This document shows, piece by piece, positions 26,467 through 38,225 of a stretch of 64,000 nt of DNA (position 1 is its first letter; each line of letters begins with the position of its first letter). A program made the position numbers and the translations under genes. The stretch is from NCBI GenBank assembly GCA_021324075.1, contig JAJPJW010000054.1, forward strand, positions 500-64,499. The letters run 5' to 3'. The notes below the pieces were generated by a model. That model had not been told where the DNA came from and did not search any database. It was given only the letters and a program-made list of their open reading frames with translations. The stretch comes from Pseudomonadota bacterium. GTDB taxonomy: Bacteria > Oederibacteriota > Muellerivitia > Muellerivitales > Muellerivitaceae.

Positions 26467-28872
26467 TTACTTTGAGACCAACTGGAAGCTGTCCTGCAGG
26501 GTGCTGTCGGAAGAATCCCGTCCCACCCAGAGATTGAAGCTTCCGGGCTCCAGCACATATTTACCCTGCTCGTTGTAAAAGCCAAGTTTGGAGGCGGGGA
26601 GGTCGAATTCCACGGTCTTGGTTTCACCCGGCGCCAGTTCCACCCGCTTGAAATCCACCAGCTTTCGCACGGGTTGGGTGATGCTGGCCACCAAGTCTCT
26701 TATATAAAGCTGGACAATCTCGGTGCCGGCCACCGAGCCGCTGTTCTTGACGTCCACGGTCACCTTGAGGGCACCGGAGGGTTTCAAGGTTTTGGAGTCC
26801 AACGCCAGGTTGCTGTAGTCGTACTGGGTATAGCTCAAGCCGAAACCGAAGGGAAACTGGGGGGTGTTGGGGCAGTCGATGTATTTGGATTCCCATTTTT
26901 CCTTGCCGACGGCGGGCCGGCCGGTGTTCATCTGGGCGTAATAAATGGGAATCTGGCCCAGGTTGCGCGGGAAAGTGACCACCAGCTTGCCGGAGGGGTT
27001 CACGTCACCGAAAAGCACGGCGGCCACCGCATTGCCCTGGCGGGTACCCAAGAACCAGGATTCCACGATGGCGGGAAGATGCTCCGCTTCCCAGGGGATG
27101 GTGAGGGGCCGGCCATTCATCAGGACCAACACCACGGGAACACCCGTGGCCTGGATGGCCTTGATCATTTCCTCCTGGCGGCCGGGCAGGTCGATGGAGG
27201 TGCGCGCCGCGGCCTCCCCGCTCATGTCCTGGGTTTCGCCCGCCACTACCACCGCCACCTGGGCCCTCTTGGCGGTGTCCACGGCTTGGGAAAGGGCTTT
27301 GTCCGTGCCGCTGTCGACCGTGACCCCCACGCCGGGGGCGTAAAGCACCTGGCAGTCCTTGGAGACGGAAGACTTGATGCCGGACAGGATGGTGCTGACC
27401 TTGTCCAAGGCGTCCTCACCGCGGCAATGCCAGCTGCCCAGCGGGTCCATCTTGGAGTCGGCCAGGGAGCCGATGACGGCGATGCTTTTGACGTCCTTGG
27501 AGAGGGGAAGCAGGTTTTTTTCGTTCTTCAAAAGCACGATGGACTGCTCCGCTTCCTGCAGGGCCAGGTCCAGGTTGTCTTTCGTCAAGGTCAGGCCGTC
27601 TTCCTTGGACTCGTCGGCGTAGGGGTTGTCGAAGAGGCCGAGATCGTATTTCACCTTCAGGATGCGGCGCACCGCCCCGTCGATGAAAAAGAGGGGGACC
27701 TTCTTTTCTTTCACCAGTTCGGCCAAATGGTCGCCATAGACGTGCGACTGCATGTCCATATCCACGCCCGCCAATATCCCCTTGGCCGCCGCATCCTTGT
27801 CGTCGGCTGCGTAACCGTGGGAAACCAATTGCTGGACGGAGGCCCAGTCCGAAACCACGAAACCCTTAAAACCCCACTCGCCCTTCAGGATATCCCGCAA
27901 GGTGTGGGTATTGCCCGAGGCGGGCACGCCATTGAGGTCGTTGAAGGCGCTCATGAGGGTTTCGACGCCCGCTTCCACCGCGGCCTTGAAGGGAGGAAGG
28001 TGGATTTCCCGGAGCGTCACTTCCGACATGTCGGTGGTGTTGTATTCCCGGCCCGCAATGGGGGCGCCGTAACCCACGAAGTGCTTGGCGCAGGCCGCGA
28101 TGGAGTTGGGGTCATCCAGGTGTTCCCCTTGGAAGCCCTTGACCCGGGCCGTGGCCAAAACCGAGCCCAAGGCGGGATCCTCGCCCGAACCTTCCGAAAT
28201 GCGGCCCCAGCGGGGTTCACGGGAGACGTCCACCATGGGGGCGAAGGTCCATTTCACGCCCGCCGCCGAAGCCTCTTGGGCGGCCACATGCGCGCATTTT
28301 TCCAGCAAAGCGGGGTTCCAAGCACAGTCCTCCGCCAAGGGAATGGGGAAGATGGTTTTGTAACCATGGATGACGTCCAGCCCAAATAGGAGGGGGATAT
28401 GAAGGCGGGATTGTTCGACGGCAACTTTTTGGAACTCATTGGCCCTTTTCGCGCCATAAACGTTGAGGAGGGAACCGACTTCGTCCTTGGCGATCTCGCC
28501 TTTGATCTTGTCCTCGGTGGATTTCCAAGGACTGTACTGGATCATCTGGCCAATCTTTTCCTCCAAGGTCATCTTGGCGAGCAAGGCCTGGACCTTTGCA
28601 TCCACGGGGGAAAGGGCTTTCTTGTTTTTGGAGGGGGCAGGTTTGGGTGAGGCGGCCGGCGCGGTCCCCTGGGCCTGCGCCATGGAAGCCACTGCGACAA
28701 AGATAATGGCGGTCATGAAGCGGTATCGCATAAATCGTCTCCCTCGGTTGAAAGATGGTGGAAAAATTAAAGCCCGGTTGTGGAAACCGGACTGCAATTC
28801 TAGCTTATCGGCTTGCCGGGGACCTTGGAAAAAGTCGGCCGGCTTGATGGACTTGAACGGCAAAGGGGACAA
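26467..28872 (-). CDS. bglX: Periplasmic GH3-family beta-glucosidase (BglX-like).
   Basis: Signal peptide, then 'LLFGLDVIHGYKTIFPIPLAE', 'GFVVSDW', a C-terminal Fn3-like domain, and 801 aa overall, which matches GH3. Confidence 0.8.
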   Translation of the reverse strand: MSPLPFKSIKPADFFQGPRQADKLELQSGFHNRALIFPPSFNRGRRFMRYRFMTAIIFVAVASMAQAQGTAPAASPKPAPSKNKKALSPVDAKVQALLAKMTLEEKIGQMIQYSPWKSTEDKIKGEIAKDEVGSLLNVYGAKRANEFQKVAVEQSRLHIPLLFGLDVIHGYKTIFPIPLAEDCAWNPALLEKCAHVAAQEASAAGVKWTFAPMVDVSREPRWGRISEGSGEDPALGSVLATARVKGFQGEHLDDPNSIAACAKHFVGYGAPIAGREYNTTDMSEVTLREIHLPPFKAAVEAGVETLMSAFNDLNGVPASGNTHTLRDILKGEWGFKGFVVSDWASVQQLVSHGYAADDKDAAAKGILAGVDMDMQSHVYGDHLAELVKEKKVPLFFIDGAVRRILKVKYDLGLFDNPYADESKEDGLTLTKDNLDLALQEAEQSIVLLKNEKNLLPLSKDVKSIAVIGSLADSKMDPLGSWHCRGEDALDKVSTILSGIKSSVSKDCQVLYAPGVGVTVDSGTDKALSQAVDTAKRAQVAVVVAGETQDMSGEAAARTSIDLPGRQEEMIKAIQATGVPVVLVLMNGRPLTIPWEAEHLPAIVESWFLGTRQGNAVAAVLFGDVNPSGKLVVTFPRNLGQIPIYYAQMNTGRPAVGKEKWESKYIDCPNTPQFPFGFGLSYTQYDYSNLALDSKTLKPSGALKVTVDVKNSGSVAGTEIVQLYIRDLVASITQPVRKLVDFKRVELAPGETKTVEFDLPASKLGFYNEQGKYVLEPGSFNLWVGRDSSDSTLQDSFQLVSK

Positions 28873-29017
28873 GCAAGGGGAAGCTTCGAATTGGAAAGCG
28901 TTTCCAGGGTTTTCTTCGTTGACGGCCCTAGGGCCCTATGACATACTAACCGGCGTTTGGCCTTTCCGTTTCATCCACGAAAGACACCCATCTATCATTC
29001 CGACTTTTGGAGGTTTT

Positions 29018-30313
29018 ATGAAAAATCTTCGGCGCGTTTTGGCTGGTGTTGCGTGTTTAGCGGTCATCCTGGGCCTCGGCCTTTACGGATGCAGTAAAAA
29101 TAGCGGGACAGTCATCCATATCTCTTCGTGGGGCACTCCCGAAGAAAACCAGATCCTCAGCGACCTCATTGCCGATTACAACAAGGCCCATTCCGGGATC
29201 ACGGTTCAGCTGGACCGTATTCCCTTCAACGAATACGTCACCAAGCTTTTGACCCAGGTTGCCGGCGGCGAAGCGCCGGACGTCATTTTTGTGGAAGCCA
29301 ACAACTTCGCACCCCTTTTCCTGCGTGGCGCCCTGGAACCCCTCAACTCCTACATCCAGACCGACCACGTGGATCTCAGCGGTTATTATCCCCAGGTCGT
29401 TGACCGGTTCACGGTGGATGGCCAGACTTACGTCATTCCACGTGATACGGCGCCTATCGGGCTCATTTTCTACAATAAAAAAGCTTTCGACGAAGCGGGT
29501 GTCCCTTATCCCACGGACGATTGGGATTGGGCCACTTTTGTGGCGGATGGAAAAAAGCTGGTCAAGGCCGATGCCTCCGGGAAAGTCACCCGTTGGGGTT
29601 TCATCGACGAGTGGCCGAATCCCGACGCCTGGGTTTGCGACGCCGGAGGTACTTATACCGACAGTGTCAAGCACCCCACCAAATGGACCTACGCCACCGA
29701 CCCGAATACCTTGAAAGGCATACAATTCCGATCCGATTTGATGAACAAATATAAATTTATGATGACCCCGGCCGGTCTCACGGCCATGGGCGGCATGGGT
29801 ACTTCGGACATGTTCGTGAACGGCCAAGTGGCGATGTATTTATCCGGTCTTTGGCCCACGCCCCGGTTCCGCCAGCAGATCAAAGATTTCAAGTGGGACA
29901 TTGTGATGATGCCCAAGAACCCCTCTGGTGGCCGGGCCTTTCCCACGGGTGGTTCGGGCTACGGTATCTTGAAATTTTCCCAACATAAGAAAGAGGCCTG
30001 GGATGTTGTGAAATTTATTTCCGGGGAGGAAGGGGAAAAACGCCTGGCGGCCACCGGATTGGCCCAGCCCGCCCTGATGGCCGATGTGAATTCCCCCGTT
30101 TTCCTCGACGGCAAGGACCCCCAGAACAAGAAGGTGGTCATTGAAGCCATGAAATACGTCCAGTATTTCCCCATCTGCAAAAACTGGTTTGAAGTGCACG
30201 ATAGCATCATCGGCCCCGAATTGGACAAGGTCTGGAGCGGCACAGAGACGGCAGCGGAGGCCATGGAGCACTTGAAGCCCTTGCTGGCGAATAAGCCGCC
30301 CGAGACCAATTAA
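29018..30313 (+). CDS. ABC transporter extracellular solute-binding lipoprotein (family 1, sugar-type).
   Basis: ATG at 29018 after a GGAGG RBS. Lipobox 'LGLYGC'. SBP_bac_1-like sequence. The 28463 ORF start overlaps the GH3 gene and is rejected. Confidence 0.75.
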   Translation: MKNLRRVLAGVACLAVILGLGLYGCSKNSGTVIHISSWGTPEENQILSDLIADYNKAHSGITVQLDRIPFNEYVTKLLTQVAGGEAPDVIFVEANNFAPLFLRGALEPLNSYIQTDHVDLSGYYPQVVDRFTVDGQTYVIPRDTAPIGLIFYNKKAFDEAGVPYPTDDWDWATFVADGKKLVKADASGKVTRWGFIDEWPNPDAWVCDAGGTYTDSVKHPTKWTYATDPNTLKGIQFRSDLMNKYKFMMTPAGLTAMGGMGTSDMFVNGQVAMYLSGLWPTPRFRQQIKDFKWDIVMMPKNPSGGRAFPTGGSGYGILKFSQHKKEAWDVVKFISGEEGEKRLAATGLAQPALMADVNSPVFLDGKDPQNKKVVIEAMKYVQYFPICKNWFEVHDSIIGPELDKVWSGTETAAEAMEHLKPLLANKPPETN

Positions 30314-30333
30314 ACCGGAGGAAGACCCTGAAA

Positions 30334-31242
30334 ATGACATCGGCCGAGCGCAAAGAAGCCATCAGCGCTTTCATGTTTTTGTCGCCTTTCCTGATCTGGA
30401 TGGTGTTCCTGATGGGGGGGCCCATCCTGGCGGCTTTCTTCCTCTCTTTCTGCAAGTGGGATATTTTCAATCCCATCCAATTCGTGGGGTTCGATAATTA
30501 CAAGGAGATGTTCTTCAACGATCCCCGGTTTTGGAAGGCCCTCTACAACACGGCCTACTTCACCTTCCTTTCCGTGCCGATCGGCATGGCCTTGTCCATC
30601 GTGGTGGCCCTGTTGATGAACCAAAAGGTGAAGGGAATCGCCATCTTCCGGACCATCTACTACCTGCCGTCCATCCTGGGGTCGGGCGTGGCCATGGCGG
30701 TTCTTTGGAAATGGATCTTCAACGCCGATTCGGGCCTTCTCAACTATATGCTCAACGTCTTCACCGGCATCCCCATTTCCGAATGCCCCAAATGGCTGGC
30801 CAGCGAGGCCTGGAGCAAGCCCGCCCTGGTCATCATGAGTTTTTGGAACGTGGGTGGCGGCATGATCATCTACCTGGCGGGGTTACAGGGGATTCCTTCG
30901 ACGCTTTACGAGGCCGCCGAAATCGACGGCGCCAACCGCTGGCAGCAGTTATGGACGGTGACCCTTCCGGGCCTCTCGCCGGTCATCTTCTTCCAGCTCA
31001 TCGTGAGCATCGTGGGTTCTTTCCAGATCTTCAACCAGGTTTACGTCATGACCGACGGGCTGGGCGGCCCGGCCGATTCCACCCTGGTCATGGTCCTTTA
31101 CATCTACCAGAAGTTCAAATACTTCCAGATGGGCTATTCCTCGGCTTTGGCCTTCGTGTTGTTCATCGTGATCATGCTGGCTACCTGGCTCCAATTCAGG
31201 TTTGCCAAGTGGGTTTATTACGAAGGCGAATTAAGGAAATAG
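30334..31242 (+). CDS. Sugar ABC transporter permease (MalF/UgpA-like).
   Basis: Six TM helices and an EAA loop 'EAAEIDGANRWQQLWTVTLP'. Confidence 0.8.
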   Translation: MTSAERKEAISAFMFLSPFLIWMVFLMGGPILAAFFLSFCKWDIFNPIQFVGFDNYKEMFFNDPRFWKALYNTAYFTFLSVPIGMALSIVVALLMNQKVKGIAIFRTIYYLPSILGSGVAMAVLWKWIFNADSGLLNYMLNVFTGIPISECPKWLASEAWSKPALVIMSFWNVGGGMIIYLAGLQGIPSTLYEAAEIDGANRWQQLWTVTLPGLSPVIFFQLIVSIVGSFQIFNQVYVMTDGLGGPADSTLVMVLYIYQKFKYFQMGYSSALAFVLFIVIMLATWLQFRFAKWVYYEGELRK

Positions 31243-31252
31243 GACGGATAAC

Positions 31253-32242
31253 ATGACCGATACCACCATTCCCTCTCCCACGGCTGCGCCCAATGGTTTT
31301 TGGGCCAGCAAGCGCCGCACGGAGAACGTCACCCGCTGGACCGTTTTTGTGGTGCTGGTCGTGGGGTCCATCACCATGTTGTTGCCGGTGGTTTGGATGC
31401 TGATCACTTCCTTCAAGACCCGGGCGGATGTTTTCGCCGTCCCTCCGCCCAACAGCACCTTCTTCCAGACCCTGAAATTTTGGATTCCCATCCCGCCCCA
31501 CCCTGAGAACTACCCCCAAGCCTGGACGGTGTCGGGAATGTATTCGGGTGACAGTTGGAGCTTTTTTGGCATCCCGGTGCAAGGCATCACCTTCACCACC
31601 TACACCCTCAACACGCTTTTCATCGCGGTTTGCGGCTGCCTGGGGACCACCCTTTCTTCCTCCCTGGTGGCTTTCGCTTTCGCCCGCCTCCGCTTTCCGG
31701 GACGCGGCCCTTTGTTCCTCCTTTGCCTGGCCACCATGATGGTTCCCACCCAGGTAACCATGATCCCCACCTTCATCCTCTTTAGGAACATGCCGGCTTT
31801 CCTGGGCGGCCCCTGGTACAACAATTTCTTCCCCCTGGTCGTTCCGGCCTTCCTGGGCGGCGGGGCCTACAACATCTTCCTGATGCGGCAGTTCTTCATG
31901 AGCATTCCTTATGAAATGGACGAAGCGGCCAAGATCGACGGCTGTACCAACTTTGGGGTCTTTTGGCGCATCCTGCTGCCCCTCTGCAAGCCCGCCCTAA
32001 CCACCGTGGCGGTCTTTTCCTTCCTCTGGAACTGGAACGACTTCCTGAACCCACTGATCTACCTGGATTCGAACAGCAAGAAGACCCTGGCCTTGGGACT
32101 GACCAACTTCGTCTCCCTTTACGGGCAGGACTACCAGCTATTAATGGCCGCGTCCCTGGTCATTTCCTTGCCCATCATCGTCATGTTCTTGGCGGGTCAG
32201 CGGTACTTCATCCAGGGCATCGCGACCACAGGATTGAAATAG
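31253..32242 (+). CDS. Sugar ABC transporter permease (MalG/UgpE-like).
   Basis: EAA loop 'DEAAKIDGCTNFGVFWRILLP'. Confidence 0.8.
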   Translation: MTDTTIPSPTAAPNGFWASKRRTENVTRWTVFVVLVVGSITMLLPVVWMLITSFKTRADVFAVPPPNSTFFQTLKFWIPIPPHPENYPQAWTVSGMYSGDSWSFFGIPVQGITFTTYTLNTLFIAVCGCLGTTLSSSLVAFAFARLRFPGRGPLFLLCLATMMVPTQVTMIPTFILFRNMPAFLGGPWYNNFFPLVVPAFLGGGAYNIFLMRQFFMSIPYEMDEAAKIDGCTNFGVFWRILLPLCKPALTTVAVFSFLWNWNDFLNPLIYLDSNSKKTLALGLTNFVSLYGQDYQLLMAASLVISLPIIVMFLAGQRYFIQGIATTGLK

Positions 32243-32289
32243 TTCAATTGAAATTTGGCGTTTAAAAACTATAATTGCTCTCCGAAACG

Positions 32290-32328
32290 GCCCCTTTCCC
32301 AGCCTTGGGACAGGGGCTTTCCTTTTGG
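32290..32328 (+). terminator. Rho-independent terminator of the sugar ABC operon.
   Basis: 'GCCCCTTTCCCAG-CC-TTGGGACAGGGGC' gives a 12-13-bp stem with one mismatch, followed by 'TTTCCTTTTGG'. Confidence 0.6.
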
Positions 32329-32435
32329 CGCCTGTGCCCCGAGGAATTTTACAAAGGTTTTTCGACGCACCGACGCCCTACTTCGCCCACCTGTTTTTGC
32401 CGTGATGTGAGTCCATCCATTCAAGGAGATTTGGA

Positions 32436-33608
<1,173 letters not shown>

Positions 33609-33616
33609 ACATCTTT

Positions 33617-33667
33617 AACCACAGGGTCCGTTTTAAGAAGAACGACGCCCTGTGGTTCAATTTTTTG
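33617..33667 (+). terminator. Terminator hairpin after metK, whose arms resemble the ends of the intergenic repeat family.
   Basis: 'AACCACAGGG' ... 'CCCTGTGGTT' form a 10-bp stem, followed by 'CAATTTTTTG'. The arm sequence is similar to the 'ACCACRGAGT...CCTGTGGTGAAA' repeats at 39241 and 62229. Confidence 0.6.
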
Positions 33668-33678
33668 AGGAGAACTAA

Positions 33679-34935
<1,257 letters not shown>

Positions 34936-35022
34936 GAAATTTAATCGCTGTCATTGCAAGGAATGCCCCGCGAATAGCGGGGCGTTCATGACGAAGCAAC
35001 CTCAGTTTAAATATGTTTTCCA

Positions 35023-35060
35023 AAAGGCGAACCTTTTAGGTTCGCCTTTTTTGTTTTCGC
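35023..35060 (+). terminator. Rho-independent terminator.
   Basis: 'GGCGAACC-TTTTA-GGTTCGCC' followed by 'TTTTTTGTTTT'. Confidence 0.7.
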
Positions 35061-35098
35061 TGATTGTTCTGTATATAAAATGTCTCAGGTGGAAGGAG
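35051..35098 (+). promoter_or_regulatory. Sigma70-like promoter plus RBS for the TIR gene.
   Basis: TTGTTT(35051-56)-N17-TATAAA(35074-79), and a GGAAGGAG RBS at 35091-98 placed 7 nt before the ATG at 35106. Confidence 0.5.
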
Positions 35099-35105
35099 AT
35101 GGCGA

Positions 35106-35888
35106 ATGAAAATATTTATTTCTTATGAACATAATGTGTGGCCATTGGCAAAAGCTATCGCAGAGTGGTTAAAACCAAGTGGTCATGATGTTCAGTGGGA
35201 TTTTGAAAGTCTAAATCCTGGCATGCCATTTAATGAAAAGATAGCTTCTTTAATCGCGGATTCAGACCAAATCATTTACTTGGCAAGCCCAGCTTCTCTA
35301 ACTAGCAAATGGGTATCAGCTGAATTGGCTTATGCTCGGGCTCTGCAAAAGTCTCTTATGCCAATAAAATTAGAAGGGGTTACAAACGAGCAAATTGAGG
35401 CTATGCCTTTTATTGGAAAAGTTCATTTGTTGGATTGGCCGACAGGCCGAAACATTTCAACCGATATACTAAAAGCAATTTCTAATTCGAATTATTCCGA
35501 TTTGATCGAAATAAATGTCGAGAGACAAGCAAACAACGTCTTGAAAATATTTTTTAAAAATAAAGCTCCCATAGATTTTTACGATGTCAAAACGGATATT
35601 TGTGTGGAGTTCGAGGGAAAATTGGAAATAGAATTCTCTCCAGTAATAGAGGAAAGATTTCTCGTCTTGCCGCGGGGGGAAATTTGCTGGGTTCGACGCG
35701 AAGTAAAAGAATTCACTAAAAATATTCGTCTTGAAGGGGACTTCTATTCGGACCGGAACAATATGATAGTTCTTTGTAAATATTGTTTTCAAAATCAGGA
35801 AAGATATTTTTATGTTTCGAAAAGATTTAAGCTCAACCTGTTAGCGCCGGAAAAGACATCGTCGGAGGAAATTGAAAAGGGAAATTGA
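35106..35888 (+). CDS. TIR-domain protein with an uncharacterised ~140-aa C-terminal domain; a candidate antiphage defence gene.
   Basis: 'MKIFISYEHNVWPLAKAIAEWL...QIIYLASPASLTSKWVSAELAYA' has the bacterial TIR layout (FISY...D, a conserved Glu in 'SAEL'). The gene is ~35% GC against ~60% for its neighbours. Confidence 0.7.
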   Translation: MKIFISYEHNVWPLAKAIAEWLKPSGHDVQWDFESLNPGMPFNEKIASLIADSDQIIYLASPASLTSKWVSAELAYARALQKSLMPIKLEGVTNEQIEAMPFIGKVHLLDWPTGRNISTDILKAISNSNYSDLIEINVERQANNVLKIFFKNKAPIDFYDVKTDICVEFEGKLEIEFSPVIEERFLVLPRGEICWVRREVKEFTKNIRLEGDFYSDRNNMIVLCKYCFQNQERYFYVSKRFKLNLLAPEKTSSEEIEKGN

Positions 35889-35895
35889 ACACGTT

Positions 35896-36999
35896 TTAGC
35901 TTGCGGCGACTCTTTGGGCTTCGGCTTTTGCATCCGCCGCTTCTTTTTCCATAAGGGGCTGGAACCGCTTCTTCTCGTTGGCCTTCAGGTAGGCTTGTTC
36001 CGCCGTGATTTTGCCGGCTTCCAAGAATTTCATCAGGCATTGGTCCATGGTCTGCATCCCGACCTTGGCGTTCAGTTCGATCAGGGAATTCAAGCCCGAC
36101 ACCTTGCCGGTGCGGATCAGGTTCGGCAGGCTCTTCTCAAAGCATAGAACCTCCACCGCCGCGCAACGGCCCTTGCCGTCCTTGGTGGGGCAGAGTTGCT
36201 GGGCCACGATGCCCTTGGTGGAGGCGGCCAGGGCGCCCCGGGCCTTGTCCCGCTCGTCGGAAGGGAAAACGTTGATGATGCGGTCGATGGTCTTGGCCGC
36301 CGAGTTGGTATGCAGGGTGCCGAAGACCAGGATGCCCATTTCCGCCGCCGCAATGGCCAGGGAAATGGTTTCATAGTCCCGCATTTCACCCACCAGAATG
36401 ATGTCCGGGTCCTGGCGCATCGAAGAACGCAGGGCCGCCTTGAAAGAATGGGTGTCCCGGTGCACTTCGCGCTGGGTGATCTTGCACTTCTTGACCGGGT
36501 GGACGAACTCGATGGGGTCCTCGATGGTGAGGATGTTGGCCTCACGGTTGGAATTGATCTGGTCGATCATGGCCGCCAGGGTGGTGGATTTGCCGCTTCC
36601 CGTAGGCCCGGTGACCAGGATCAGGCCCCGCTTGACGTTGCACATGGTGCGGATGACCGGCGGCATGCCCAGTTCGTCCAGAGTCAGGATCTTAGTCGGG
36701 ATGGTGCGGAAAACCGCCGCAACGCCCTGCTGGTTGAAGAAGACGTTGGAACGGAACCGGGCCAGGCCGGGCACCTCATAGGCGTAGTCGTAATCATGCC
36801 GCTGCCAGCAAAGCTCCCACTGCTCCGGGGTCATGGTCTCATAAAGAAGAACATGCATGACCTGTTCGGTCATGATCCAGTCTTCCAAGGGCGCCAGGTC
36901 GCCCTTGGTGCGGATGAGGGGCGGGTTACCCACGGTCAAATGAAGGTCCGAGGCCTTGCGTTCCACCATCTTCTTGAAAAGTTCGTCGATGGTCGCCAT
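35896..36999 (-). CDS. pilT: Type IV pilus retraction ATPase PilT.
   Basis: 'ASDLHL', Walker A 'GPTGSGKSTT', 'ILTIEDPIEF', 'REVHRDT', 'DPDIILVGEMRD'. Confidence 0.9.
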   Translation of the reverse strand: MATIDELFKKMVERKASDLHLTVGNPPLIRTKGDLAPLEDWIMTEQVMHVLLYETMTPEQWELCWQRHDYDYAYEVPGLARFRSNVFFNQQGVAAVFRTIPTKILTLDELGMPPVIRTMCNVKRGLILVTGPTGSGKSTTLAAMIDQINSNREANILTIEDPIEFVHPVKKCKITQREVHRDTHSFKAALRSSMRQDPDIILVGEMRDYETISLAIAAAEMGILVFGTLHTNSAAKTIDRIINVFPSDERDKARGALAASTKGIVAQQLCPTKDGKGRCAAVEVLCFEKSLPNLIRTGKVSGLNSLIELNAKVGMQTMDQCLMKFLEAGKITAEQAYLKANEKKRFQPLMEKEAADAKAEAQRVAAS

Positions 37000-38030
37000 C
37001 AGGCCTCCTCGGCCAGGATTTCGTCAGCCTGGGCCTGGGTGATCTTCTTGGCGGCCACCAAGCCTTTGATGGCGACTTCCATGGTTTGCATGCCCGACGA
37101 ACCGCCGGTGGCGATCATGGAGGGGATCTTGTGGTATTCCTCACTGCGGATGGTGTTGGCCATGGCCAGCGAGTTCACCAAAATCTCGAAAGCCGGCACC
37201 ATGGACAGCCCGTCGGCGTTCACCAACAGGCGCTGGGAGACGATGCCCACCAGGCTCTCGGACAAGCTGGCGATGGCCTGGGCTTGCTCGGCGGCCGGGA
37301 AGAGGTTGACCACGCGGGAGACGGTGGCTGCCGCCGAGCCCGTATGCAGGGTGCCGATGACCAGGTGGCCGGTCTCCGCGGCCGTCAAGGCCAGGCTCAT
37401 GGTCTCATAGTCGCGCATCTCGCCCACCATGATGATGTCCGGGTCCTCGCGCAGGGCGCTGCGGAGGGCCGCCGAAAAGCTGGCGGTGTGGGGCCCCACG
37501 CTGCGCTGGTTGACCAGGGACTTCTTGCGCTGGTGGATGTATTCGATAGGGTCCTCGATGGTGATGATGTGTTCGTCGCTTTCCGAGTTCATGTGGTCCA
37601 CCAGTGCGGCGCAGGTGGTGGACTTGCCCGAACGGCCCGGGCCGGTGATGAGGATGAGGCCCTGGTTGGCATCGGAGAATTTCTTGAGGATGGGCGGCAG
37701 GCCCAGCCCGTCGATGGAGGGGACCTGGGAGCTGAAGTGGCGGAACACCGCGTCCCAGCCCTTCCTTTGACGGTAGGCGTTGACGCGGAAACGCTCGCCG
37801 TTGGACATGGTGTAGGCCGTGTCCACTTCCCATTCGGTCTTGATGCGCTCGGCTTCGGCCGGCTCGAGGACCTCGAAAATCATGCGTTCGCAATCCGCCA
37901 CGCTCAGGGGCTGGGTGATGGGGGTCAGGCGCCCCAACTGCCGGACATAGACGGGCGATTCGGAGGCCACGTGCAGGTCGGAGCCTTTGCATTCGACGCA
38001 AGCTTGGAGGTATTGGTCCAGTTCGGGCAT
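36999..38030 (-). CDS. PilT-family twitching-motility ATPase (second paralog, PilT/PilU-like).
   Basis: 'GSDLHV', 'GPGRSGKSTT', 'IITIEDPIEY', 'DPDIIMVGEMRD'. It overlaps the downstream pilT by 1 nt. Confidence 0.85.
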   Translation of the reverse strand: MPELDQYLQACVECKGSDLHVASESPVYVRQLGRLTPITQPLSVADCERMIFEVLEPAEAERIKTEWEVDTAYTMSNGERFRVNAYRQRKGWDAVFRHFSSQVPSIDGLGLPPILKKFSDANQGLILITGPGRSGKSTTCAALVDHMNSESDEHIITIEDPIEYIHQRKKSLVNQRSVGPHTASFSAALRSALREDPDIIMVGEMRDYETMSLALTAAETGHLVIGTLHTGSAAATVSRVVNLFPAAEQAQAIASLSESLVGIVSQRLLVNADGLSMVPAFEILVNSLAMANTIRSEEYHKIPSMIATGGSSGMQTMEVAIKGLVAAKKITQAQADEILAEEA

Positions 38031-38225
38031 GGCCGCTTTTCAGGGGATGGGGTGAGAAGCACCTTTAGATTACGAAAAAATAGTGTTAAGTCAATTTATA
38101 ACGAAACGCCGGCGTAACCCGCCAAGCGGGCTGCGGGCGGTGCTTTTAACCTCCTCGAAACCTGTTTTGCCGGTCCCCCCTTGGCTTATAATCCTCGGGC
38201 GGATCAATCATCCCTGGAGGAAACC

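Noticed and set aside
28463-29017. Annotated 616-aa ORF start at 28463 for the solute-binding protein.
   Set aside because: The first 185 codons overlap the GH3 gene on the opposite strand and have no signal peptide. The ATG at 29018 has a GGAGG RBS and starts a lipoprotein signal.
32331-32435. Possible SAM riboswitch in the metK 5' leader.
   Set aside because: No SAM-I ('CUUAUCAAGAG...') or SAM-II/V ('...AAAGCUAAAGC') core sequence could be recognised. Only a generic leader plus the upstream terminator is present.
34965-34983. GC-rich hairpin 'GCCCCGC-GAATA-GCGGGGC' right after ahcY.
   Set aside because: It has no following U-run, so it is not a clear intrinsic terminator. It may be a remnant of the native ahcY 3' end that precedes the low-GC TIR insertion.
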